From the NCBI GenBank assembly GCA_013239625.1, contig MU053487.1, positions 1,943,058 to 2,007,057 of the forward strand: a stretch of 64,000 nucleotides of DNA, read 5' to 3'. The position numbers and the translations under genes are program-made. The stretch is from Lama guanicoe (taxonomy: Eukaryota). Under the pieces are notes generated by a model that was not told where the DNA came from, ran no database searches, and worked only from the letters and a program-made list of their open reading frames with translations. Below are positions 11,181 to 23,660 of the stretch, in pieces; the first letter of the stretch is position 1; each line of letters opens with the position of its first letter.

Positions 11181-13404
11181 ATTTCACAGGTAGTGAATTC
11201 AAGCATTATGTAAAAACATGCTTCTTAGAACTAAATGAGATTTTTTATTTTCTGCCTCAGTTTCTCAACCAGTAAAATAATAACCAGAGTAACTCTGTCT
11301 CAACTCAAGTTTGCGGTGCCATGAGAAAGAAAAGGTTCCTAACAAAGGAATCTTTGTTATCATCAGTGAAGTTACAATTAATAAATTACAGACACGTTCA
11401 TTCCCTTTGACCGCTCACTTCTAACCACACCTCCTCTCCATCCCACAAAAGAAGAAAGAGAAGGAAAAAAATGAAAATATCTTCACAAGAATAATACTCA
11501 TCTTGAATAATGGCAGGTCAGATCCAGACACACATGGCTGTTTCTTTGCTTTTAATATTCCTGTTTATAGTTTAAGTTCTCTATTTTTGCTGATTACATG
11601 AATCATGTAAATTTATGTTGATTTTTCTATTCACGTTAAATGGAAATTTGCCAATTATTATCCTAACTCAGGTAAAATTCTTATTTCTCTTCTCTGTCAT
11701 ATTTTTAATCAGCCAATTCTGTATTAGTTACAAGTCTGCCCTCCTCTCTTCCTGTCTTCTCAGTAAACTTTCTACCAGTAGGATTAATTGAGGGCTTTTT
11801 AAAATTGAATTCAGCCCAAAAGAAACTGTAGTTTGTTACCTGGACATCATGACTTCTTTAGAAATGTAGTTTCATTGGCTTCAGTAACCTGGTGAGACAA
11901 ACCAAACGTTAGCAAAATATTTCCTGGAAGCTATCCTGCTCTTTTACCAAAAACAAATCTCATTTCTTTCTTCTTTTTTTTTTAATATCACCTATTTTGT
12001 AGTATTATGCAGCCATTAAGAGTACAACTCAAGCTTCAGGGAAAAAAACAAATGTTAGAGCTAATTTAGGGACAAATGTGCTGATACGGTGCACATAAAC
12101 AGGTGATTATTTCCCACCTTTTACGTGGCTACAAAATTTGAAGTGACCATATAAAGCATCTCCATATGTCATTGAAAATATTAATTTTCAGGTCTTAACT
12201 ATAAATATGACATGATATTAGAGGGAGAAGTATGTTAGAGTAGGCATTTTCTAAGATTTAAAGGCATTGGGATAAATTTTTCTCTTACTTTGCAGTCTTT
12301 ACTCATAATAGCAAAATAATGGAATTTCACCTTGTAAGAAGATGGAATCATAATAGAAGTAAAAATCACAAAGTCAGTTTTCAGCTGCCAATCTAGTTCA
12401 GTTATGTGATTTTTCTCTTTCAGAGAGAAATATAGTACCTTTCCATAAGTGTTTTCATTTTATTCTCTTTCAGATGCACAGTTTCAATCAACATACCAAA
12501 CACCACTCAAATTACTGTCATTGCATCTGATTTTAAATTTTTACTTTTAACAATAGGACCTTAAACGTGTATAGAACTTTACAGATTTGAGTTCAATTTG
12601 GTATCTAGTTATTTCATTTGAACCATGCAGCATCTCTATGCTGAACTTGGTTGCAACATTGTTAATCACATTTTGAAAATGAGAGTTCTTTAAATATGGA
12701 CTCTGCTGGATCCTGTAACACATGACCCAGAACTAAACTGAATGAAAGGGTCTGGGATCTGAACTTGAGATGAACAGAGATGGGACCAGTACAGCAAGCT
12801 GTGTAGGCAGAACAAGGCAACCAGAAAATGAAGTGATGAATGGCAAAGGAGCAGCCATGAACTTGGTGAACTCTATGGGGACCCAGGTGTAGCACCATGT
12901 GTTCCCACAACCAACAGTCTAGCAGAGATAAGGAAACCACCTGTAAAGACGTAGGCAGGTAGCTCCCATCCAGAGATACATGAGGATAGTAACACAGCCG
13001 TGGGACCAGGGTTGCCCAAACTGCTCCATCCTTGGAGACAACATACAAGAGGAACTGTGCTGCTACAAAAACAGATAACTCAGGTGTAATGATTGGGTTC
13101 CTGCCCCTGAGACAGAAGCTCTCTCATTGGATTTGCTTCAGTAGGTTTTTATATGGTCCACCTGTCTCCAGGCATCTATCGTTCAACTCCAGTCTTCAGG
13201 TGGCAGGAGCAGGAAGCATCTTTGATATGAAAGACTTTTAAGAGCTGGATTCTGCCTGTTTTCTCATTATCTGCCATAGCCCTTGATATTCTAGTATCAT
13301 TTCTTGTTGTAGGGTCTTCTTGTTATTCATTCCATCTGCTTGGAAAACGCTCTGCCTTCTTTTCTGCATGACAATATGTTAATCTTCTGTTCTAATATCA
13401 CACT

Positions 13405-13520
13405 TTTTTTTATTTACCCAACAAAGATTTATTGAACATGCATGATAAGCACTATGTTATAGTCTGTGGATATAGAGATAAATAAACAGGGGGTCTTTGA
13501 ATTCTGGAAATTCAGAGCGA
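13405..13520 (-). mobile_element. L2 3' end fragment
   Basis: 'caacaaagatttattgaacatg...aagcactatgtt...ggatatagagataaataaacag'. Confidence 0.5.
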
Positions 13521-14376
13521 GACAGTGGGTATGTGCTTATAGTTACAGATAGCCACTAGAATTCAGTGTAATGTTGACATATTTGTTAAAGGATTATTTT
13601 TAAAGAAACTATAATCATAGCTCTCATACAAATATAAAATGAACATGCACCAAAATGAACATGAAAAGATTGCATTTAACTCATTAATTCATGAGGGTAC
13701 CAGTAAGATAAGATGTTATAAATGATTCAAAGGAGAATTCAAAGAATGTATGTAAATATATGTAAAAATGAATTTGCAAAAAGACAAAAATAGGTCTACC
13801 CACAGGGCAATATTCAATTCAGTTGCATTCCACCAAACACAATTAATTTACATGTCTATGGACAAGAGTCAGTTGCATTATTATCAGTTTTCTACATTTT
13901 CTAGAGTTGTAAAATAGCTCAAAGATAATGAAAAGGGGAAATGACCTCGATGGTGAGCTAGACAAGACACACAATACTGTTTTCTTGCCCATTTCAAAGT
14001 TTTCCATAAATTTTGCTGACAGACTTGAGGCATATGAGAGGGTGATGGTCACAGAGATTATGTATGTGAATTTGCCCAGAGTTGGAGAAATTAAGAGGAA
14101 AGCTTCAGAGAATATTTGATGATTGCTACTGCAAATGGAATTTTTCCAGGTTAATGTGAGAATGAACGTGAGGTCTTGTTGTAAGACTGAGAAAGCGGTA
14201 TAAACAAAGGCTTCAAGGTAGTAAAATGAACAGTTCTGAACATTGTTTCCTTGTGAGTGCTAGGGGACTAGAGTTCATGACCTCCCTCAGTCTGTTCAGG
14301 ATTCTACACAGAACCCTGATAAAAGAATTCCTCTGAAATTGAGACAAGAGCAGTCAATGTCCCTTTCTTCTTAGAT

Positions 14377-14538
14377 GGCTGGTTCTCAAAGTGCTGTCCA
14401 GAAACTTGTGCAAAGTGAAAATTCTTGGGCCCTAACCCACACCTAGTGAATGAGAAATTCTGAGAGTATGCCAGATAATTTGTGTTCTGACAAGCCTTCT
14501 GGCTGATTCTGACGTTCCTTTGAGTTTGAGAACCACTC
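14377..14538. mobile_element. MER5A-like hAT-Charlie MITE
   Basis: Terminal inverted repeats 'tggttctcaaa' and 'tttgagaacca'. Internal 'acaagccttctggctgattctga'. Confidence 0.8.
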
Positions 14539-15879
14539 CTAGAGAGGCAGGTAGCTACCTGAAGACCTGCAGGGAGATACTGCCTTGAGGAACTGGAAGA
14601 AAACCCTTCCACAGTTACACACCAAGAAAATACATACGAGAACAAATGTACATACAAATGCGAGTATATATGTCTGCTTTCGGAAAACAGTTTATCCACA
14701 TCTGTCCCTTTGTTGCTTCCTCTGGTCTCTGAGAACAGATACTGTATTTTCCCTCAAACCCATGTAGGTCAAGCCCATGGTAGACACAGTGTGAGAAACA
14801 TTTACTAAATGGCTGAGGAAGTGACTTCCAATGTGGCAGGACCCTGACATCAGGACACAGGACCAAGACTACGGTTGGGCCAGCAGAAAAGCTGGTGTGA
14901 ATAATGGATTAGAATGCCTCCAGTCCTCCAAGTCAACAGAGCAGTTCAGTTCCCAGTGGGAGAAGATGCCACTTACACGGGTGGGGGTTGGGATGCTGGA
15001 TCCTGCCTCCCCCTGGAAATCAGAGCCTAATGTAAGGATCTGCCTGAACGTAATTTGTGTTGGAAAGTGATCTGAAGGAAGTGCAATGGGAGACAGAGGA
15101 GAACGAAAGAGGGAAAGGAAAACTTGAACTGATCCTTGTCCCTTCCATGGGCACTAGAGTTGGACTGCGGCAGCACCCAGGAGGAACCCATGGGATACAT
15201 TCCCAGTTGTCCACCACCATTGTCCACATGAAAAAGGAAGTGCTATCCTTTTGCTTTTATTTGCTTTGGTCAAGGTTTACCTCATGGGGTGGAAACTCAC
15301 TCAAAATTGCAAGCTATATGTGCAAAAGTGGGTGCCTTCAACGTTGCAGAGAAATCTTTGGACAGAAAGCCAGAAATGCCAGATGGACCTGAGCCAAGGG
15401 GCTGTCAGGTTGCACCTTCAGGTAGCTGGTTGCAGCCGCGGTGGCTGGAATAAAAGGAGGGGCGCAAGGAGTGCTCATTATGTAGATATTTTATTCTCGA
15501 CTGAAACCTTCCAAAGTGAGGATCATCCCATGTCCCCCCTCAGGGGGAAACCAGTTGGCCCATCTCAGAAGATTTTGACGAAACAGGAGACCCCACTTAT
15601 GCCTTCAGCAGTCAGGAGAGGGGAAGGCAGGAAGGCAGTGTGGAGACTGAGTGGTCTCAGTTAACCCACATCAACTCTGGAATCCACAGCCTGAGCATTC
15701 CATCCTTGCCACTCCCCAGTTCCATATTCTTGAGAAAGTTTGATTTTCCCCAATCCTTGAGTTGTTCATGTAAAATTACAGTGATAATTTACTTATCAGT
15801 CTCATAAGCATGTTGGGAGATGGAAATAATATAGTATTTATAAAAAGTATAGAAACAGTAACAACCAAACTAACATAAC

Positions 15880-16012
15880 AGCTGGTTATCATTAAGCATT
15901 TTTTATGCACCAGTAACTGTGATAAGTACTCATATTCCTCAAAGCTGTACTGTGACTAGGTTATGTCAAACCCATTTTACAGATGAGGAAACTGAGACAT
16001 AGGAGGCTAGGT
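15880..16012 (-). mobile_element. MIR SINE fragment
   Basis: MIR core 'cccattttacagatgaggaaactgagac'. Confidence 0.8.
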
Positions 16013-16115
16013 AAGACACACACAGATACTCACATACTCACATACTTAGTAAACAATCAAACATATTCAAACAAAGCTATTGGGCTTCAAGGCAAAGGTT
16101 TTTTAATAGCAGTTA

Positions 16116-16250
16116 CTTTTTTCTTTCTTTTTCTTTTTCTTTTCCTTTTCCTTTTCCTTTTCTTTTCTTTTCTTTTCCTTCCTTCCTTGCCTTCTTTCCT
16201 TCCTTCTTTCTTTCTGTCTTTCTGTCTTTCCTTCTTTTCTTTCCTCACTC
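16116..16250. repeat. Polypyrimidine simple repeat (TTTTC/TTCC/TTTC)n
   Basis: Read directly. It produces the spurious K/R-rich ORFs on the minus strand. Confidence 0.9.
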
Positions 16251-17369
16251 TGGGTAACAAATGATTTACATAAAACAAGGCAGCAGAAGGAGGCAGAATG
16301 GCCGTGACTCCCTGCTGCACAGGGACTCACAGCAGGTCTGTCACTTAGGCTTTCTATGGAAAACTAGCTCTGGATGACAAGGAAAAGGATGCTGCAGTAA
16401 AACTGCTCGATCTGTAGGGTCTATAGCCTAGAGGGGAAGTGATGTAATTATAGTCTATCTGCCTAGTTCTTTTAAGACCACGTGTCACACAGCCAGCACC
16501 ACCCAAAGCGACCTCCATACACTGTTCCTTCTCAGTTTGCCCTTTCCCTGTATCTCCCTGAGCATCCTGATTTTCCTGATTATCTTACATCTGACTTCAT
16601 TTCTCATCTCCCCGTTTTGGGCCTTGCCTCAGCTTTCAAACCAGAGCCTTGGCATAATTTGATAACCTTCTTTCTATTATTTTCTTATACTTCAGATTCC
16701 CCTTCCATCCTCAGCACTTCACACGGGGTAAATGTCCCGCCAATTCTAACACAATGTTTGGGACCATTAGACTCAGCTGAGCTACTTATTGCACAAGAAA
16801 AATGCCTTAGTGGGTTGGATAAGCTCCAAATTTGATGGGGAAAATAGATTCTGATATCACACCTTTCTTCATGGGGTATGGTTTGGTACCTAAGAACATT
16901 CTTATTGAAGTTATAGTACTAGACTGTTGACCAGTCAATGGACAAAGCCCATCCAGATGTTCTTAAAAGTGCTTACCTGTGCATCAAAGTGTGGGGTTTT
17001 TCTTTCTCATTTTCAGAACGATCATTCAAGTGTGTACTTCCGGCCTGGAAATGTTGCTCTACAGGTAACTAAGTAGTGGTGAAGATAGTCGCATGGGCTG
17101 TCAAATTGAGAGTCGCAACATTTCATTACCACCACTGATCTCTCTTTGAGAAGAGGAAATGGGTTAGGAGGGAGATCTAGCTACAGGTTTCCTCTAGGCC
17201 TTCCACATTTTGCTGGAGTGGCAGCCATGACCAAGAGATGATAAAGGTCTCATTTTTTTGCTCTTCCTGCTACTTTCTGTGGATTCAGGCTTGAGCAAAT
17301 GGGTAAATTTACTTGGGATGATGAGAACCAGTTTTCCCAGTTGTTGTGAAGGGAGTTACAGTTAAGGAA

Positions 17370-18670
17370 AGAGGGCACATTGGAATATATTCCGTGGTGG
17401 TCTTGATTTGGGATTGACATAATCATAAAAATAAAGGTTTATAACTGATAGAGATATTTAGTAGCTCTGTTGCTTAGTAGACGAGACATAATGTTACATT
17501 ATTAACAGTGAATATCCCTAGACCCTGGGCTCCTTGGATAAAAGGTTGATTCCTGGGATGGGGCAGAGAGAGTAAAAGATGAGTCTGAGATAGATTGTTG
17601 AGCCAGTGTATGCAAAAAAAAAAAAAATCAAGGAAACATTAAAAAGGCATGGGGATCTAGAGTGAAGTGTTTCCCACTAGCTAAATCTGGAAAAATCTGA
17701 GCATCAAAATAAATTAAAGATAGTAATGGGTTATAACCCATTGAATAGGGTAAGAATGCATGAGTCTAAATAGATAGATAGATGGAAAGATGGATGGATG
17801 GATAGATAGGTAGAGAGATGAGAAGGAACAGTTATTTTCCTAACTAATCAATATGGATGGAATGATAATGTTAGAAAATAATAAATGGTGGTTAATCTAG
17901 TCCATGAACATTTGATGACAAAGTATTTACATACTGTCAGAGACAAAGTAACTACCCACAAATTAATGATGAAGGCAAAAAGAGTAATTTTGCAGTGGAG
18001 AAACTTAGCAAAAATGATTTTAGCCAAAAAATCAGTTCGTATGACCAATATCTGGCCAAACCCACATCATGTATCTTTTAATGTGACGCACTGAGAAGTG
18101 AGAATATCACTTCTAGGATATTCCTGCCTTTTTGCAAAACCATAATCCAATGCTAGGGAAACACTAGACAAAACTCAAAGTCAAAGGCATCAAAGTCAAG
18201 AAAGACAAAGGAAAGCTGAGAAACTGTTCTAGATTAAAGGAAATGAAAGACACTTCTGTCCTGAATGAAACATGTGACCCGGAATTGGGTCCCGACCCTG
18301 AATTAGGTCCCAATCCACGAAAAAAAAAAGCTATAAAAGATATTATTGGTACAATTGATAAAATTTGATGACAGACTGTGGATTAAATACTAGTATTGTA
18401 TCAACAGTAATTTTCTGGATTTTGATTACTGTACCATGTAAGAGAATATATATAAGTTATATAAGAGAATGCCCTTCTGATTAGGGAACACACACTGAAA
18501 TAACACACACAGAGGGGCTGTGTTTACCACTCCATCTCAAATGTCTCAGAAATCTGATGAGAGAGGGAAAGAGGGAGAAAGTGAACAATTTCTGAAGCTT
18601 TGTGCAGGTTACACATGATTTCCTTATACCACCTTGCAGTTTTTGTCCAAGTTTGAAATTGTATTACCAG
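17370..18670 (+). mobile_element. L1MC-like 3' end
   Basis: 'aattttgcagtggagaaactt', 'aatatcacttctaggatattcctgcc', 'gagaaactgttctagattaaagga' and 'tgtatcaacagtaattttctggattttgat'. Includes a (GATA/GGAT)n tract at about 17770-17820. Confidence 0.7.
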
Positions 18671-19274
18671 CAAACAAGCAAAACATTTCCACCACCTGAA
18701 AGGGGACAGTTCCCTGTGAAAGAAGAAAACATAAATGGCTTTGAAATGGGAAGAACTGGGTAATGGGAAAGCAGACAAAGTAGAAAGTAACATTCTTTTA
18801 TTAGTAAAATAACATAACTCTTCTCAGCGTAGCCATGACCAGAAGGGTTATTTCAAACTCCCCTAAAGGTAAGGAGTATGTCTGGAATATCAAAACTCAG
18901 TCTTCAAATTTATATCTTCACAGGAAAACTGGAAGTCCTTTAAAAATCCTTTTTTTTTTTAGGCTCGTTGAGAGTTCCTAGTGCTCAGTGTTTCCACTGA
19001 GATAAACACGAGATAAAACCCAAGTAGTCTGTGACAGTGATAACTGGGGAAGCCTTATCTTTGCCTTGTGTTAATGGGCTGTCTTATTTAGCATGGCTGA
19101 TGGGCAGGACTCAGTCCTGAAGTAGGTCAGTGAGAGAGGCAGTGTGATGGGAAGGATGGTCGGCAGGCCCCCTCCGCAAGTAAAGCTTGGTCCAGCATTC
19201 TTCTCTGCACTTCTTAGGGTCTTTACCATTTTGTAATAATTTGCCTTCTTTTCTTGCTAAGTGAAAGGGGGCTA

Positions 19275-19430
19275 AGATAACTGAGCACTCCTCACTATAG
19301 GCATTGCTTTATTTAATTCCCACAAGAACGCTGGGAGCTAATAGTTATCATCCTATTTTACAGATAAAGAAACCGAGGTTCCACGTGGGCCAGTAACTTT
19401 CCAATAATCACACATAAAATAAATGGCAGT
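19275..19430 (-). mobile_element. MIR SINE fragment
   Basis: 'atcatcctattttacagataaagaaaccgaggtt...agtaactttccaa'. Confidence 0.7.
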
Positions 19431-20644
19431 CTACCTAACTGCAGGATGCCCACTCTTTCCGCCATATTGCCCTGCCTCTGCATAAAGATGTGCTACTTCT
19501 GGAGGGTGAAGCAGGGTCAGTCAGCCTCAGGAGCACCTTCTCTATTAGGAAGACTTCGTTGTAGGGGGATGAGAAGGTGTTGCGCATGTGTGCACTATAA
19601 GGGCTGGAAGTGGTAGTTGGAGAGAATCAAAGGTAACACATAAAATTCTCTTCTGTTTTTGTTTCACCAGGCATCTCAGTTTTCTTGCCACCCACTTTAA
19701 ATTTCTTAATCACCCAGCTGCCTATTTGTTTTTATGCTTTGAAGAACCGTTATGGATCTGAGAGGCAGGATGAAAATCTTTGTTCCTTGTAAATATACAT
19801 TTGGAAACTCCCTCGCTGGGAAGTAATCCCGTGAAAGCAGTTATTGGGACACCCACGGCGCATGGGCTAGAGAGGATGTTAGTTCCACGTTCTCTGGGTC
19901 TGATATTGAATTTAAGAAATAGAGAATGTCTCTCGCCACACTCCATACCCGTAATACCCCCTCCCACACAACACACACACACACACACATGCATATACAT
20001 GCACAGACACGTACAGACACATACACACATAGTGAAAATAACATATAAAAGCTGACAGAACACAAACTGCAGAGTTTGATAGAAATAAATACAAGTCTCA
20101 GCTTCTTACTCACAATTATTGTGGCCTTGGGGAAATGACACCCACTTCAAGAATTTTCAGATAGGAGTCAAGAAGTGAGAAATTGGGATGTCACTGTTTC
20201 CTCAGAAGGGTAACACCTTGGGCTTCTCTTGTCAAGTGGGAATGAAATATCATTCTTGTTATGTCAAGGGTTGTGACATTCAAATCAAACAATGGATATT
20301 AAAGTGCTTGGGATACTGTTAAATCACATTCAAATATAAAGAGTTGTTTGCTAAGCAATTATTTTCTCCATCGTCAATGAGTCACCTGCTGCAGAGCAAA
20401 GGGTCAACCTCTAGTAAAATACAAAATAACTCACAGTACCTCTCTAGAGTGTAACAGCTCTCTCATTAGACTAATCCCCACAGGCAGGAACTCCATCCAG
20501 CATATCATAGGCGTTCAACAAATAATAAATGTGTCTGGACACATAATTGGATGTGGAGACCAAAAGATTGTACCTTGCCGTGTTAGTTCTCCAAAGTCAC
20601 ATTCAAAACACCAGCCCCTGGCACAGTTCCTGACACAACACTAC

Positions 20645-21046
20645 TGTCACCATTAATTTTGTGTCAATTTGGCTGCATCATGGTGCTCAAATACTTGGCC
20701 AGACATTAGTCTGGGTGTTTCTATGGAAGTTTATTTTGGGGTAAAATTAACACTTAAGTCAGTAGACATTAAGTTAAGCAGGTTTCCCTCCATAACGTGG
20801 GTGGGCCCCATCCGGTAAGTTGAAGGTCTTCAGAACAGAGATTGACTTCCTCAAGCAAGAAGGAATTCTGCCAGCAGACCGTCTTTGGATTCAAACGATG
20901 ACTCTTCCCTGGGCCACCAATCTGCTGGTGTACCCTGCAGATTTTGGACTTAGCAATCACATAAGCCAATTCCTTAAAACACATCTCTCTATATATAAAT
21001 ACACATCTTGTTAATTCTGTTTCTCTGGAGAACCCTGACCAATACA
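20645..21046 (+). mobile_element. ERVL LTR, MLT2C/D-like
   Basis: 'ttaattttgtgtcaatttggct', 'gtgggtgggccccatcc' and 'gaaggaattctgccagcagac'. Canonical MLT2 end 'ttctgtttctctggagaaccctgaccaataca'. Confidence 0.88.
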
Positions 21047-22681
21047 ACCATCAATATTCAATAGAGATCAGTTTTTTAACTCCCCCAATTAATTACTCTT
21101 TAACTACAGAAATATTTTATTTAAAAAAATTTGTTTTCCAAATAGAAATTATTTCAAAAATGTTTCTGTATTTAATTATCCATTTCTTCCCAAATATTTA
21201 TTGACTCTCTCTTCATTTAGTTATTTACCAATAAACAGATTGGAAGAAAAACTGCATAGAACAAATAGAGAAGCACACCCAAATTTAGCAATGGAGAGAG
21301 TCTAAAATACTGACATATCACATATTCAAAAATGACCAAAAAATGGGCAGAGCTTCGTAGAACTATCCCTATTGTAATAAACACTGCTTGTTGAAAAGAG
21401 TGGACATAAGGAAACATGTTTCTCTGTAAAAATACTAGACAGAAAAATCAGTTGAGGTTGAATTCATTTAATTCTGCATCTAATGTAGAAAAATGGCAGT
21501 GAAATTCTGAAAGGAATGTGAAATTGCTCTACCTTCTAAGTGTCTATGAATAAAATAGGTGAAGACCAGGAGGAAAATTCAGTTTGACGCCGAGAGTAAT
21601 TTTCACCTTTCGTTCCTTGAAAAGCATACATGAAATGTTGTGTGTTGTCATGGAAACAGTAACATAAGAAACCCGTTTGTGAATGCTTGAAGTCAGGTGC
21701 AAGAATGTCTAATACAGGCTGTTTGTATTGTCTCTTACAGAGTAGAAAAAGACTGATAATAATTTGGTATGTAACCATCTTTCTGTTTATTCTAAATCTT
21801 CCCTTAGTGAGAAGACTTGCATTTTTGTGCCTCTGTCAAGAGCTGATTGGAAGCTTGTGCCAGTGGGTAGGACTTCTTCCTCTGAGGCTTCAGTGTGGTG
21901 TCATCTGGTTAGGTCATTTTTGGTGGGAAACTATACGGTCACCTGGTAGATCTTCTGTGGGGCAGATTAAATTCCTAGTAGAAGGCTGTCTAGAAAGTAT
22001 AAATGCTAGTGTTAGCATTCTAGAGCCAAGAGGGAGGAAAAGGCCTGGGAATATTCAAATTTTAGTTGTGCACACATGCATGTGTTATTTGTATGCTAAT
22101 TTGACTGGGTGTATAGAGTTATATATTCAAAATCATTGTATCTCAGAATATTTGAAGATACTGCTTTTTTTCCTACTGTCTAAAATGGATGCATGTCCAA
22201 TGTCAATGTGATTCTTAATCTATTGATCATTTAAAAATTCTTTTCTTTTCCTAACTTTCTGGAAGCTTTTGATTTCTCCGGTCTAAACTTTGACCTAAAT
22301 ATATACTGGAGTGTACCTTTTATTTCTGAATTCTTCATTTTGATTCTCTCTCAATTGTCCTTAATCTAGGCATCCATTCTCTTTTTTTCTTTGCCAAAGC
22401 AATTTTCTTTCATTATTTATTTGAATATTTTCACCTTCCTATATCTCTTGTACTGATTGAACTCCCACCACACAGATACAGGAACTCATAAATATGTCTA
22501 CTACGTTTTGTAATTTTTTCTTTGCATATTACTTATTTCTTTTATCTTTGCTCCATTTGATCATTTTTTTAGCTTGATAATCCAGGTTTATAGTTTATTT
22601 CTTTAACTGTGACAGTTATTTATACTCACAACATTCTGGGGTTTTGCCCATCTCCTGAGCTCGTTTTGATTTAATTTATTA

Positions 22682-22937
22682 CAGTTGATTGATTCTGGAG
22701 CAACACAGGTTGGAACTGCGCAGATGCACACATATTCAGATTAGTTTCAAGTGTTATTAATGTATCACAGTACTACACAATCTGCGGCTTTTTGAACCCA
22801 TGGATGTGGGACTGTGAAATGGGGAAAACAGATTGGGAGGAATTGCACATATGGAGGATTGACTCTTCAGTCACACATGGATTTCCATCGCATACAACAT
22901 AAATGCCCCAACCCCAATGCTGTTCAAGAGTCAACTG
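22682..22937. mobile_element. Tigger2a-like TcMar MITE
   Basis: TIRs 'cagttga...' and '...tcaactg' flanked by TA on both sides (22680-81, 22938-39). Internal 'gaactgcgcag' and 'tgttcaagagtcaactg'. Confidence 0.8.
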
Positions 22938-22950
22938 TAATCATATTTTT

Positions 22951-23005
22951 ATATATATATATTTTTACATTTTTATTGAGTTATAGTCATTTTACAATGT
23001 GTCAA
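22951..23005 (-). mobile_element. Extremely 5'-truncated young L1 3' terminus
   Basis: 'ttttattgagttatagtcattttacaatgtgtcaa' resembles 63070-63108. Flanked by the direct repeat CATATTTTT. Confidence 0.6.
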
Positions 23006-23429
23006 CATATTTTTTATTTTTAAGATTTTAATGGGTTCTTATTGTTTATGGATGATTTGCTGTATTTTAATCATTCCAAGGATACAGGTATACTTACTTT
23101 AAGTCTTCTGCTGTATTAATTCTGTTTATTGAAGACTAACATATTTTTAGTAGTTTACTGTATGCCAATTACACATCGATAAAGCTGTCATTTTGAAAAG
23201 TGGTGGGATGGATGCTAATGCTGAGTGCCTACACCCAACAGAGATTTTGGCATTTTCCAGGGGGAGGATGAGGCTTCCTCTAGCCCGTTTCCAACTCTCA
23301 CAGCCTTCCTCCTTTCTATCTTGGGTCCCTATTTTCCAGCCTTTTCTTGGATCACTCTTCTTCCTGCTTCTGTCATAGTGTACCAGCAGTCACTTCCATA
23401 ATACACACTCCAGGCTTACAAATACTGTT

Positions 23430-23660
23430 GAGCATAAATAATACTTGGAAATATCTTTAACAACTGCAGTAAGATGTGAAAAATCTGTCATTTCTGTTGG
23501 TGACAAGGTCAGGGATGCTGTAATACTACTATGGTTTGTTGCTTATCTTCATAAATGAAAGAAATGGCAAATTTTAGTTAGAAGTTAGAAAATAAAAATG
23601 TTTCTTTTTCCCATCTAAATTCAAAGATCTCCTGAATTCTGTTTCATGTAGGGAGTTACT
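23430..23660 (-). mobile_element. Charlie4a-like hAT fragment
   Basis: Reverse-complement similarity to the 5' part of the element at 54655-55204 ('ttagttagaagttag', 'gtgacaaggtcagg'). Confidence 0.6.

Noticed and set aside
13560..13940. Possible DNA transposon fossil
   Set aside because: It looks repeat-like, but I could not identify termini or a family.
16087..16330. Lys/Arg-rich ORFs resembling NLS or protamine-like peptides
   Set aside because: They are translations of a (TTTTC/TTCC)n simple repeat.
18276..18311. Two 18-bp near-palindromic tandem units GACCC-GAATT-GGTCCC
   Set aside because: It lies inside a decayed L1 3' end and is most simply a local slippage duplication.
21687..22211. 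Longest ORF in the window (174 aa)
   Set aside because: No recognisable domain, non-ATG start, and composition typical of random or decayed-repeat sequence.
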